Shown: piece after piece, positions 18,048-28,124 of the stretch
Layout: every line of letters starts with the position of its first letter
Numbering within the stretch: the first letter of the stretch is position 1
IMG/VR virus record: IMGVR_UViG_3300025324_000002
Coordinates: 1 to 59,633 of that record
From: a virus
DNA length: 59,633 bases
Reading direction: 5' to 3' (one strand)
Translations under genes and position numbers: made by a program
The notes under the pieces: generated by a model
The model's database searches: none
Told to the model about the DNA's origin: nothing
What the model saw: only the letters and a program-made list of their open reading frames with translations

Positions 18048-21000
18048 TGGCGTTTGTTTTCGAAGATGAATTACCGAGTCAAGCTCAATCCCGCTACGTC
18101 TTCGAGCCCGAAGAACCCAAGCGAGGTGTCCTCGATCGCCTTGCCACGTCCGTAAAATCCGATCTTTCCCGAGCAGGCCGAAATATCAGCCGCGCAGTCC
18201 CGGCGGTCATCGAGGGTGGCCGTAATCTTGCAGTGACGTCTATATCTGCGCCTCCCATTGAAGATCAAATAGGGCAGGCCGACTTTTCGCCAATAGTTAG
18301 GGGAATAAAAGCAATCCCTGGGGCAGCTCTGGATATCGTCAAGCATGGCGTAGCAGCACTCCGTAAGGCGCCGCAATTTTTAAGCGAGGTGCCGGCGGAT
18401 GAGCCGAGACTCTCTAACGCGACACGTATAGCGCGCCGGCTTTATGAAACGCCAGGAGAGCTATTACGCGGCTTTGGGGAAACGGCTAGCGCGGGGCTTA
18501 CACGGGAGTTTGGCATTACTCCGCCACCCAAGACCGAAGGCGCTGAAGCGTTACGTACTCTAGGCGGGTTTGCATCGTTTCCGGCTATTCTGAAACGTAT
18601 TCCCGGTGGCGCACCGGGAAAAGTAGCTGCTGGTGCAGCTATGGGCGCCGCTGTGCCCGTTGTAAGGGGAGAAGGAGAACAGGCCCTAGAGGGAGCAGTC
18701 ACCGGCGCGGGCTTAATGGCAGGCTTCGAGTTGGCCGGTGCCGCATTCCGGCGTTACAAGGGTCGCAATCCTGTTAGTCGTGCAGAGGTTGTTCAGACGA
18801 TGCGAGAGGAGCCGGCTTTTATTGAAGTTCTCAAAGAGGAACGCGCACGGCGGACCACCGGAGAAGAGCCCGCCTTTATTGAAACGCTCAAGGAGGATTT
18901 ACAGGCAACGGCAGAGAAATCCCCAGAGAAACCGCGATTTGTGTTTGAGGAACCGAAGGTTGAGTCCCAAGTCGCAGTGAAGTCCGTTGAGCAACAGCAA
19001 GCGCAAGCGGCATCCCAAAAGGCTCGCCCTAAAATGGACGACTCCGAAGTCGCCGTCTCCACCTTCATTGCTCGTCAAGGCGGCCTAACTATCCCGAAAG
19101 AATTGAAGGAGGAATTCGGCGGCTGGAGTAGGCTGAACAAAAAGGGCGGGCTTGCTCCCGATGAAATGGCCGTTGAGGCTCATAACGCTGGCCTTATACC
19201 GGAGCCCACAACCAACGCACTCCTAGAAGGATTAAAAAGCGGCAAGAAATCATCGCGTATAAGCGAGGGCGGACTTGTCAGGCAAGAAGTGGAAGCGGCG
19301 GCTGAGAGCAAGATCAGAGATCTTACGGAGACACCATCGGATCTTGAATATAAAGGCAAGACGTATCACAACGCAACTCGTGAAGGTAATAACGTTAGAT
19401 TGCGGGATGATACCGATGTTGTGCTCAAGAAGGCTGAGCAGATATTGAGCGTTGAGGAAAAGGTCGCTCCTGTAATTCAGCAAACCGAAGCGGGCGCGCA
19501 AACCATCATTCCCGGCGCCGAGACCCGCACGGTTCCAAGCGGGCCGCTCAGGCCGAGACGGGCACAGACAGAGACGCCAATGGATCTTGAGCAGTTCGGA
19601 ATACGCGCGAAGGAGCCGGGACTCTTCGGCCAACAAAAGAAGCCGGTTCCCGTTCCCCGCGAACGGCTCTCCCCAGACGAGATAGCCGCGCAGGATGAAA
19701 TGAGAGGGATGCTCGGCGGTCGTCGCTCAGCAAAGCCCCCCGACGAAGCGCCGTTTGATATTCCGCCCGCAGGCGCCGAGATGGAACCGGGCTCCTACGG
19801 CTTCCCTGAATTTCGCAAAACCCCGAAAGACGTTCCGCAGTCGGTCACACCCATGGAGCGCAACTACCAACCGCCGACACGGAAAGGGCCGCTGCCGATT
19901 GTTCGCCGTGGCGATATTATCCGCGACATGCAGGATGCTTTCCAAGTCCCGATTCGAACCGGACATGGAAACTTCGCGCAGATGAAAGCGGCGGGCTTTT
20001 TCAAGGTCAAAGAGGAAGTCATCCGGTTAAAGCAGGCCAACGACATGGAAGCGGTCGCCCACGAGGTTGGGCACTTCATCTCGAAAAAGATTTTGAACTA
20101 TGAGTACAGCAAGGGGAAGGGTAGACGCCAGCCATTCCACGGCGAGCTCGAACAGATGGGTAAAGACCTATACGGCAGTCGCAAGCCTCATGGTGGATAT
20201 GCCGAGGAGGGCATTGCCGAGTTTATCCGATACTACGTCGTCGATCCAGCCAAGGCGCAGACAAAGGCGCCAAAGTTTTTCAAGTTCTTTGAGGAAGCAA
20301 TTGGACCGAAGCACCCCGATGTCATAGACACCCTGCACGCGGCGCGCGATAACTGGCGCCGCTACCAAGAGCAGCCCGCCGTTGCCCGCGTGCTTTCTCA
20401 AATATCGATTGGTGAGAAGGATACCAGACCAATCACGCTCGACGGACTTTATAAGCATGCCATCGACGATATTTACCCGATCAAGGTATTTACCGAGCGA
20501 ATGAGCCAGGGTAAGGCGCCGCTCGATGCTTCGGATAACCCCTACGTGTTAGCGCGCCTGTTTCGCGGCTGGATCGGGAAAGCCGACCTGTTTTTAAAAG
20601 ACGGTCCAATTGATTTCGACACATTACGGCCAGTCGGGGGCGCAACCTCGCTTAACAAGATTCTGGCACCGTTCTCCAAAAACCTAGACGATCTTCGGGC
20701 GTATCTGGTGGCTCGCCGGGCGGCAGAGCTCATGACCCGCGGGAAAGAGACAGGACTTGCGGCAAAAGATGTCCAGGCGACCCTTGAAGCCTACAATGGT
20801 CGGCCGGAATTTGTGAAGGCTGCCGAGATGCTTCAGTCCTACAATAATGCGCTTCTCGATTACCTCCAAAAATCGGGTGTCCTTAGCGCCGAATCGGTGG
20901 CGCGAATCAAGGAGTTGAATCAGGACTATGTTCCTTTTTATCGGTTGATCGAGGGTGAACGCACCGGCGGTGGTGCGGCTGGGACACAACGGTTTGCCAA

Positions 21001-23287
21001 TCTCGGAAGCCCCATAAAGAGACTTAAGGGGTCGGCCAGAGAAATCATTGATCCGCTGGAGTCGATAGTCAAAAACACCTACGCCATGATCAATGTCGCA
21101 GAGCGTAATCAGGTTGGCCGCGCTCTGGTGCGCCTTGCCGAGAACGGCGAGGGCATGGGTAAGTTCATTGAAAAGGTTCCTCGGGACAAAATTCCTGTCA
21201 CGCTAAAGGACATCGAACTACAGAACGTGCTCCGGCGCTACGGCAGGATCAAAGAGACCGAATCCTTTCAGACTTCCAAACAGGAACTCACGCGCGAGAT
21301 CGGCGCCAGTGGTGAAACCCCAGCGAGCGGCGGGCGCGCGCAGCAGCTCGTCGAAGCTAAGGTTATGGAAGCTCTTAGAGCGCGCGGGTTCGCAGATGGC
21401 GAGTCGAAGCAATATATCGCCAGGCTAAAGAGCGCCAAATCAGAGGCCGCCGTTAATAGCATCATTGAAAAGATCGTTACTGAGAAAACTATTCGGACAG
21501 TCACCAAAGAACTCGAACTCGATCTTCCACCTGAATTGGTTGCGGCCTTTCGCCCCGACCCCAAGGTTCCCGGCATGGACAACATCCTGTCGGTAAGAAC
21601 AAATGGAAAGCCCGAGCTTTACCAAGCCCATCCCGACCTCTATAACGCAATGCTCAATCTGGATCAGGGTTCGCAGAACATTCTCATCAAACTCTTGAGC
21701 CTGCCGGCAAGAGCATTGCGCCTAGGGGCAACCACGCTATCGCCGGAATTTGCAGTGAGAAATCCGCTTCGCGATCAATGGACCGCCGCGATGTATTCAA
21801 AATATGGCGGAATCAATATACCCGGAGGCGATCTTATCCGCGGGCTTTTCCACGTCATTAAGCGCGACGCTCTTTATCAAGCCTGGAAGGCTGGCGGCGG
21901 CGTTGGTTCTAGCCTTGTGTCCCTTGACCGGCGAAACCTTCAAAAGACGCTCAATGATGTAATTAGAAGTGGTCAGGCCAAAGGGATCGCTTCGACCATC
22001 GTCCGCCATCCCATTGAGTCACTTCGTATGTTTTCCGAGCTGGGCGAGTCAGTGACCCGCGTGGGAGAATTTGCAAAGGTCATTCAGAAGGAGGGCGGGT
22101 TTTCAAAGGAAAATATCCTACGCGCCGGCTTTGAATCACGCGAGATCACGCTTGACTTTGCGCGCATGGGCTCGGCAATGAAGGTGAGCGGCGCCAATCA
22201 GATTGTTGCCTTTTTAAACGCCAACATTCAGGCGCAAGATAAGATGATCCGCGCTTTTAGGGAACGACCCGCGCTCATGACGGCGCGCGGTGTTGCGACC
22301 ATTACTGTTCCGTCGCTGCTTCTGTATATGGCGAATAAAGACGATCCGCGCTACCAGGAGCTTCCCCGCTGGCAGAAAGACCTGTTCTGGATCATCCCGA
22401 GCGGCACCATGACGACTGCGACATGGGGAAAGATGACCCCAGAGGAAAAAACCAGCTTCAACCGCGAGCACACGATCTGGCGAATTCCCAAGCCTTTCGA
22501 ACTTGGAGTTTTGTTCGGCACGCTTCCCGAGCGTGTTTGGGATTGGATAGAGAAAAATGACCCGCAAGCCATGGCCGATTTTGCCAAGAGCGCCTTTGGC
22601 TCGTTCCCCAATCCCATCCCAACAGCTACAGTTCCTCTCATTGAAAACATGGCGAACTGGTCGATATTCCGCGAACGACCGATAGTTTCGCGCGGTAAGG
22701 AATTTGTAACGCCGTCTGAACAGTACGGACCATATACCTCTGAGACGGCCAAGAAAGCCGGAAAACTCCTTGATTACTCACCTGCCAAGATTGAAAATCT
22801 AATTCAAGGGTACACGGGAGGCACGGGCCGTAGCGTCCTTTCGATGACAGACTTACTGGCGGGATTCGGAAAAAAATCTGAGCCGCCCGAAAAGACGCTC
22901 GCGGACGTGCCAGTGCTACGGGCTTTCGTGGCGCGCTCACCCGCTGCGTCATCTCAATCGATCGAAAGGTTTTTTAAAAGGCTCCAGGAAGCCGAGACAA
23001 TCCGCAACACTTTTCTCTCCTTGAAGAAAGAGCGACGTATTGACGAACTGAGGGGCTACGCTACGGAGCATAAGGAAGACTTGAAGGAATATCCAAAACT
23101 TCGCGCCGTGGCTAATCTACTCGCTAAAGTAAGAAAAAAGGCTGGTGCCGTTAGAGAAAACGACGATATCACACCGGCTGAGAAGAGAGACAATCTGGAT
23201 GCCTTGAACTTCCGCATGATAGACATTGCGCGCAGGGGCTTAAACAGGGAAAATCAGCAGGTGCTTCAAGACCTCGGACTGCAATAA
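18047..23287 (+). CDS. giant virion/ejection protein with gluzincin-type metallopeptidase motif (polyvalent-protein-like)
   Basis: Uninterrupted 1746-aa ORF; HEVGH at 20060..20074 plus EEGIAE at 20204..20221; internal EEPAFIE(V/T)LKE duplication. Confidence 0.8.
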   Translation: MAFVFEDELPSQAQSRYVFEPEEPKRGVLDRLATSVKSDLSRAGRNISRAVPAVIEGGRNLAVTSISAPPIEDQIGQADFSPIVRGIKAIPGAALDIVKHGVAALRKAPQFLSEVPADEPRLSNATRIARRLYETPGELLRGFGETASAGLTREFGITPPPKTEGAEALRTLGGFASFPAILKRIPGGAPGKVAAGAAMGAAVPVVRGEGEQALEGAVTGAGLMAGFELAGAAFRRYKGRNPVSRAEVVQTMREEPAFIEVLKEERARRTTGEEPAFIETLKEDLQATAEKSPEKPRFVFEEPKVESQVAVKSVEQQQAQAASQKARPKMDDSEVAVSTFIARQGGLTIPKELKEEFGGWSRLNKKGGLAPDEMAVEAHNAGLIPEPTTNALLEGLKSGKKSSRISEGGLVRQEVEAAAESKIRDLTETPSDLEYKGKTYHNATREGNNVRLRDDTDVVLKKAEQILSVEEKVAPVIQQTEAGAQTIIPGAETRTVPSGPLRPRRAQTETPMDLEQFGIRAKEPGLFGQQKKPVPVPRERLSPDEIAAQDEMRGMLGGRRSAKPPDEAPFDIPPAGAEMEPGSYGFPEFRKTPKDVPQSVTPMERNYQPPTRKGPLPIVRRGDIIRDMQDAFQVPIRTGHGNFAQMKAAGFFKVKEEVIRLKQANDMEAVAHEVGHFISKKILNYEYSKGKGRRQPFHGELEQMGKDLYGSRKPHGGYAEEGIAEFIRYYVVDPAKAQTKAPKFFKFFEEAIGPKHPDVIDTLHAARDNWRRYQEQPAVARVLSQISIGEKDTRPITLDGLYKHAIDDIYPIKVFTERMSQGKAPLDASDNPYVLARLFRGWIGKADLFLKDGPIDFDTLRPVGGATSLNKILAPFSKNLDDLRAYLVARRAAELMTRGKETGLAAKDVQATLEAYNGRPEFVKAAEMLQSYNNALLDYLQKSGVLSAESVARIKELNQDYVPFYRLIEGERTGGGAAGTQRFANLGSPIKRLKGSAREIIDPLESIVKNTYAMINVAERNQVGRALVRLAENGEGMGKFIEKVPRDKIPVTLKDIELQNVLRRYGRIKETESFQTSKQELTREIGASGETPASGGRAQQLVEAKVMEALRARGFADGESKQYIARLKSAKSEAAVNSIIEKIVTEKTIRTVTKELELDLPPELVAAFRPDPKVPGMDNILSVRTNGKPELYQAHPDLYNAMLNLDQGSQNILIKLLSLPARALRLGATTLSPEFAVRNPLRDQWTAAMYSKYGGINIPGGDLIRGLFHVIKRDALYQAWKAGGGVGSSLVSLDRRNLQKTLNDVIRSGQAKGIASTIVRHPIESLRMFSELGESVTRVGEFAKVIQKEGGFSKENILRAGFESREITLDFARMGSAMKVSGANQIVAFLNANIQAQDKMIRAFRERPALMTARGVATITVPSLLLYMANKDDPRYQELPRWQKDLFWIIPSGTMTTATWGKMTPEEKTSFNREHTIWRIPKPFELGVLFGTLPERVWDWIEKNDPQAMADFAKSAFGSFPNPIPTATVPLIENMANWSIFRERPIVSRGKEFVTPSEQYGPYTSETAKKAGKLLDYSPAKIENLIQGYTGGTGRSVLSMTDLLAGFGKKSEPPEKTLADVPVLRAFVARSPAASSQSIERFFKRLQEAETIRNTFLSLKKERRIDELRGYATEHKEDLKEYPKLRAVANLLAKVRKKAGAVRENDDITPAEKRDNLDALNFRMIDIARRGLNRENQQVLQDLGLQ

Positions 23288-23323
23288 GGAGATTGTCATA
23301 AACTAAACCAAAAGACTCCAAGT

Positions 23324-23350
23324 AACTCCGGCTCTGATCAAGCCGGGGTT
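23324..23350 (+). terminator. stem-loop after the giant gene
   Basis: aactccggct/agccggggtt, 10-bp stem with one G-U pair and a 7-nt loop. Confidence 0.4.
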
Positions 23351-23364
23351 ATCCGAATTTAGGG

Positions 23365-23410
23365 AAGAAAGGGCTGTCCTGTGTACACAGCGGGGCGGCC
23401 CTTTCTTTTT
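23365..23410 (+). terminator. rho-independent terminator
   Basis: Perfect 10-bp arms aagaaagggc/gccctttctt enclosing the palindrome ctgtgtacacag, followed by a T-run. Confidence 0.6.
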
Positions 23411-23431
23411 GGAGCCAGCGGACTACAAACC

Positions 23432-23797
23432 ATGCCAACGAATCCAAGAAAATGTGTTTTGACGATTCTTGACGGTCAATCGACATCGGAGACAGTCGAT
23501 TTGAGAATTTATAGCTGGCCGGTAATCGTGGCGGCGTTTCTGACAACCCCGGCTACCCTCACCGAAACCATCAACATAGAGACTGCGCCGGATGAACTAT
23601 TCGCGGCGGGTGAGACCGGCTTATTGACCTCCGGGGGTACGGTTATCGACATCACAGTAGCAAGTAGAACCACTCCGCTGTTTCCGCTCATAACGGGGTG
23701 TCTCAGATTAAAGGCTACGGCGAACCTTGCCAGCGGCAATAGAGTCTTTCAATGGCAGTCTCAACCGGCGCTCGGTAGGGGTATTTTTCTAACATAG
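23432..23797 (+). CDS. hypothetical protein
   Basis: 121 aa from the ATG after the terminator. Confidence 0.45.
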   Translation: MPTNPRKCVLTILDGQSTSETVDLRIYSWPVIVAAFLTTPATLTETINIETAPDELFAAGETGLLTSGGTVIDITVASRTTPLFPLITGCLRLKATANLASGNRVFQWQSQPALGRGIFLT

Positions 23798-23807
23798 GGG
23801 AAATGAA

Positions 23808-24356
23808 ATGAAACGATTACTAACATTGTTTTTGTTATTTGCATGGCTCTTGCCTGCGCCGGTTCAAGCCGCAGCAGGCCATTTTACCGTAGCCAGTTGT
23901 AGCGATGCTTCTACGCCATCAACTCAGGATACCTGCTTTCAGCTTCAGGACCGCAAATGGTACGTTTTCGACGGCACAAACTGGATCGATTGCCCCAACG
24001 GCGCCTGCGCGCTGGCCACCAAGTCCTTTTGCGATCCTCAATACACTACGAGCGTCGGGATAACCCATGCGGACGCCACCGACGGCCTGATAGTTGCTGG
24101 AGTAGCAGGCAAAAAGATCACCCCCTGCGGCGGCTACATAATCGCCGCTGGCGCAGTGAGCGCAAAATTCATTCGTTCATCGGGCGGGACCTGCGCAGGG
24201 ACGGACGCCAATTTCACTGAGGCTGTGCCGCTCACTGCTCAGGTTGGCCATCTCATTCCGGCTGGTGGCAAGACGGCCCTCGGCGACTCATTCTGCATTA
24301 ACTTGAGCGCCGCTATAGCTGTGACAGGAGAGTTTATCTACAGGCAAGAGCCATGA
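23808..24356 (+). CDS. secreted Cys-rich protein (Sec signal peptide)
   Basis: MKRLLTLFLLFAWLLPAPVQA/AAG; nine Cys in the mature part. Confidence 0.6.
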   Translation: MKRLLTLFLLFAWLLPAPVQAAAGHFTVASCSDASTPSTQDTCFQLQDRKWYVFDGTNWIDCPNGACALATKSFCDPQYTTSVGITHADATDGLIVAGVAGKKITPCGGYIIAAGAVSAKFIRSSGGTCAGTDANFTEAVPLTAQVGHLIPAGGKTALGDSFCINLSAAIAVTGEFIYRQEP

Positions 24357-26887
24357 AACGCCTTCTACTCTCAATTTTGTTCATCCTTTCGCTCGCCTTC
24401 CACGCCGAGGCCGTGGACATCTTCGTTGACAAGGACAATGCTTGTCCCGGTGACGGAACGACCGGCGATCCTTACTGCACTATTCAAGCGTGTGCAGATG
24501 TAGCCGTCGCTGGTGACTCGTGTTTGATTCGAGATGCCGCGAGCGCCTATGACGAAACTGTGTCGCCTGTTAATAGTGGCACCGCAAGTCTCCCGATCAC
24601 GTTCGAGCCTGACGCGGGGCACAACCCGTCGATTTCACGAGTCGCCGCAGGGTCATCGAGCGGGGCGTTTGATATTACCAACAAGAATTATATCCACATC
24701 CTAAATTTTAATTTCGTCGGCACTGGTCTCGCTACGCCTAAAGTAGCGATCCGCATCCGCTCAACATCATCCACTACTCCAACCACGGGGCACTTGGTTA
24801 GTGGCAACACGATCACGGGATGGGGCGACGGAGACAGCGACGACGACACCGCTGAAGCCGCCATGATCGAGCTTCGCGGGATTTGGCCGAATGGCGCAAT
24901 CACGAATAGCACGGTCACGCTAAACACCATCGCCAGTTCGCGCACCAGAGGTATTCGCGTGGTGGCGGGTAGTAATATCAGTGGAACCCCTGACAGTGAA
25001 ATCAAAATTACTAAAAACACAATAACCGGCATGAAGTGTGGTCGGCTTACCTTTTCCGGCGGCCGCCAAGTATACGGTATCTTCGTGGACAGCGAGGGCA
25101 ATGCTCCTATTGTCTCTGAAAACATCATCAAGGATTTTCAAGACCCGGCAGACTGTGACATAACCGGCGCTTCATCTACACAAGTACTGACGAATGGGTT
25201 CAAGTGTGATGCCGGACCGGCGAACGGCGTACTTGAGAAGAATCATATCTCTAACTTGCTTGCTGCTCCTAGTGGACAAGGGGCAACCACTGGAGCATTT
25301 TTAGAAAGCCGCTGCAACGATTGGGTGGTCAAGAATAATAAAGTCAATGGTATAGGCTTCATCGGTCTGCAAAATGGCAGCTCTGGCTTGCAGGCCAATA
25401 GAACGAGCTGGGTTAATAACACGGTTGTAAACGTTGGATCGGCGGGCAGCCCCGCCGTGGCTATGCTTCTATCGGATGGTCAAGGCGTCAAGATCCAAAA
25501 TAACTTTCTTTGTATTGAAGACGCAGAGGCGTCGATTCTTGTTAAAGATGATGCCGTCACAGACGGTGGTCACACGATCAATAATAATGTTTACTGTGAC
25601 GAAGCAAGTAATACTAAAGTCGGCAAGTGGAACCACACTGGCAGTCAAGGAAGCGGGACCCCGCTCGATCTTGCGGCATGGAGAACTGCTTGCAACTGCG
25701 ATGGTAATTCCTTCGCCGCAACTCCACCATTTACTAGTGCATCGGATTTAACTTTAACGGCTAGTACCTATGACAATGCTGGAGTGCCGGCTTCCGGTGT
25801 AGGCTGCAATGCTTCAAATTGTGCGATAGGAGCCTACGAACCTCCGATTGTTCCCTCCGGCAACTGCGTCGTAGGCATCGTCTCGGCGCTTCAGTTGATC
25901 TGTACACCGGAGAACAACCGCTATCCCGGCCTGCTTGCCACTGATTTTACAGATGGTTGGTCTGTCAAAAAGGACGATGTAGATAATCCAGTTACGTCCG
26001 TTACACAGAGCGGTGGCGTTCTCACCATCAACTTGACCAACGCCTTCACCGCTGGGACTAGCTGCAAAGTCACCTACAACGCGGCTACGGGCTCACTTAC
26101 CGACGACGCACCATCGGCCTTTGTTAACAAGCAGAAGATGTTGTCGTTTACCGATACTACCTGCTCTGTTCAAGTTGGCACAGGCGGAACCGCTTCTTTT
26201 GTCGCGGCAGGGACGGCGGGAACTTCGAGCACAAACACCAGTCCTGCACCAGGAATGCCAGCGGGGGTTACAGATGGTGATGCCATCTATGCAGCGCTCG
26301 CAGGGCGAGATACAAACTTTACGGCGGCAATCAGCGCGGGCTGGACAGCGGTGGTTACTCCAACCCAAGACACTGGACGGATGCTGGGTTTGTGGCGATG
26401 TTTCTATCCAACCTGTAGCGCGGCCCCTTCGTGGACCATTGGCTCTAATAGCGGTGAGATCGTGGCCCAGCTTGCAGCCTTTCGCGGCATAAATCAGACG
26501 ACGCCCGAGGGTGAAGTCACCACACCGTCACTCAACGTCAGCGGCAACGACATCGGCCCAATCACTGGCCTCGATCTCGCGGCGGATAACATTGTGGTCG
26601 TCGTCGGGATGAAGCGCCGAGCCTGGACTTCCGTCACGGCGCTTGTTGGTTTTACTGAGATAGGCGAGCCGGACCACGATGCTGGTGTCGGCACAGTCGG
26701 CTTGGTTTGGGACTATCTAATCGACAGCGGTTCAGGCCAGACGATTGCCAGTCAAACCTTCGACGTGGTTGGCGGAACTGATGACACCGGGAAAGGGTTC
26801 ATGGTCGAACTCAACGTTGAAACTACTCCACCGGCTGTATCCCGTCCCGACGGCGCGAGCGGCTTGTTAACGGGATGCTGCAAATAG
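24353..26887 (+). CDS. right-handed parallel beta-helix protein (depolymerase/tailspike-like) with N-terminal signal peptide
   Basis: MKRLLLSILFILSLAFHAEA/VD; at least 9 PbH1-like turns (VSGNTITG, VTLNTIAS, ITKNTITG, VSENIIKD, LEKNHISN, VKNNKVNG, VNNTVVNV, IQNNFLC, INNNVYC). Confidence 0.8.
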   Translation: MKRLLLSILFILSLAFHAEAVDIFVDKDNACPGDGTTGDPYCTIQACADVAVAGDSCLIRDAASAYDETVSPVNSGTASLPITFEPDAGHNPSISRVAAGSSSGAFDITNKNYIHILNFNFVGTGLATPKVAIRIRSTSSTTPTTGHLVSGNTITGWGDGDSDDDTAEAAMIELRGIWPNGAITNSTVTLNTIASSRTRGIRVVAGSNISGTPDSEIKITKNTITGMKCGRLTFSGGRQVYGIFVDSEGNAPIVSENIIKDFQDPADCDITGASSTQVLTNGFKCDAGPANGVLEKNHISNLLAAPSGQGATTGAFLESRCNDWVVKNNKVNGIGFIGLQNGSSGLQANRTSWVNNTVVNVGSAGSPAVAMLLSDGQGVKIQNNFLCIEDAEASILVKDDAVTDGGHTINNNVYCDEASNTKVGKWNHTGSQGSGTPLDLAAWRTACNCDGNSFAATPPFTSASDLTLTASTYDNAGVPASGVGCNASNCAIGAYEPPIVPSGNCVVGIVSALQLICTPENNRYPGLLATDFTDGWSVKKDDVDNPVTSVTQSGGVLTINLTNAFTAGTSCKVTYNAATGSLTDDAPSAFVNKQKMLSFTDTTCSVQVGTGGTASFVAAGTAGTSSTNTSPAPGMPAGVTDGDAIYAALAGRDTNFTAAISAGWTAVVTPTQDTGRMLGLWRCFYPTCSAAPSWTIGSNSGEIVAQLAAFRGINQTTPEGEVTTPSLNVSGNDIGPITGLDLAADNIVVVVGMKRRAWTSVTALVGFTEIGEPDHDAGVGTVGLVWDYLIDSGSGQTIASQTFDVVGGTDDTGKGFMVELNVETTPPAVSRPDGASGLLTGCCK

Positions 26888-26921
26888 GGAGCAGGGAAGT
26901 AGGAATAGAAAGGGAGAATTT

Positions 26922-27524
26922 ATGGCCTGGCATCTTTATCTAGTTCCGGTGATAGGTACGGGGTTCCCAATTGGCGACCCTCCGGTGAGAGACCCGCGCC
27001 GTCCTAAATACGTGGCCGATCTTGGCGTTCTGTGGGCCGCAATGGATTACGGTTTCCAGCCCGTTATGTTGGTGGCGGCGGATGTAGACGATCTCACAGA
27101 TACGTCCCTACAGGTCAACGCGGATGTGACAAAAGTCCCGGACGCCTTAGATAATCAAATTGGTGCGGTGGCTATATCAATCGTTCAAAACGCATTGGAG
27201 ATACGCCATCTCCCGGCTGGATGGGTGACGACGGATATTACGTATCGTGTTTTACTCCGTACACTCGCAGGCTTTTTTGCTTTCGTCCAACGTTATGCCA
27301 CCGTAGCGAACACCACGGCTTTAGTTTTTGGTGGCGCGGTTGATCTCAATACTCGCGTCAATCAGCTTCCGGTGGCAGTGCGGCAAAATTTACAAGCTAC
27401 TGCAACTAGTTTGGGGCTGGACGCGACGGGAATAAGCGGCTCGACAACGCTCCGGGTAGTGTTGAAAAATATAGCCGATCAATGGGGGCAAAGATCATTT
27501 CAGATCGGAGAAATCACGGTCTAA
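26922..27524 (+). CDS. conserved phage protein, fibre-module
   Basis: 200 aa; MAWHLYLVPVIGTG...DPRRPKYV pattern seen near phage fibre genes. Confidence 0.5.
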   Translation: MAWHLYLVPVIGTGFPIGDPPVRDPRRPKYVADLGVLWAAMDYGFQPVMLVAADVDDLTDTSLQVNADVTKVPDALDNQIGAVAISIVQNALEIRHLPAGWVTTDITYRVLLRTLAGFFAFVQRYATVANTTALVFGGAVDLNTRVNQLPVAVRQNLQATATSLGLDATGISGSTTLRVVLKNIADQWGQRSFQIGEITV

Positions 27525-28124
27525 ATGTCTACGATCACCGAAAGTTTTAATAAGGCGAACAATGGCCTTGGGCCTGATCTGGCGTGGACCGTTTATTTTG
27601 GGACAGCAGCCAATGTTGGTGTCACGAACAATCAAGCCAATGCTCAAGGAACGGGAGAAACTGAATCACGCGCAGATAGCGATTTAGCCAGTGACGATCA
27701 CTATGTCCAAGCGGTCGTTGGAGCGGATTACGCTGTTGGTTTTGTAGGTGTTTTGTGCCGAAAAGACAGTACTGCGACAAGAACACTCTATCGTTGGTCC
27801 AAGTTCGTACCCGGATCTGGTGCGTGGGAACTGGCAAAATTCGTAGGTGGCTCAGAGACGATTTTAAGCTCGGCTTACTCTAGTACATTAGCAGCGGGTC
27901 AGAGCTTTAAAATGGATGCAAACGGATCAACGATCAGAGGGTTCCACTTAGGCACGCAGCGAGTAAGCGTTACGGATGCTGCGATTACCGGCAACCTGCG
28001 TTGTGGAATCCACTTGGGAGATAGCACAGCAGCCTACATCGATTCGTTCGAGGCTGGCGATTTGGCTGGCGGGGGCGGGGCGCCTGCAATCGGATCGTTA
28101 GGCTTACTGGGGGTGGGGTTATAA
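27525..28124 (+). CDS. jelly-roll (LamG-like) fibre-associated protein
   Basis: 199 aa; ESFNKANN..LGPDLAW...; C-terminus ends in the GSLGLLGVG junction motif. Confidence 0.5.
   Translation: MSTITESFNKANNGLGPDLAWTVYFGTAANVGVTNNQANAQGTGETESRADSDLASDDHYVQAVVGADYAVGFVGVLCRKDSTATRTLYRWSKFVPGSGAWELAKFVGGSETILSSAYSSTLAAGQSFKMDANGSTIRGFHLGTQRVSVTDAAITGNLRCGIHLGDSTAAYIDSFEAGDLAGGGGAPAIGSLGLLGVGL

Noticed and set aside
18047-23287. Tape measure protein call for the 1746-aa ORF
   Set aside because: There is no upstream tail-tube or chaperone-frameshift pair. The protein is Pro/Gly-rich in parts and carries an HEXXH...E motif. An internal, ejection or polyvalent protein is more consistent, though not proven.
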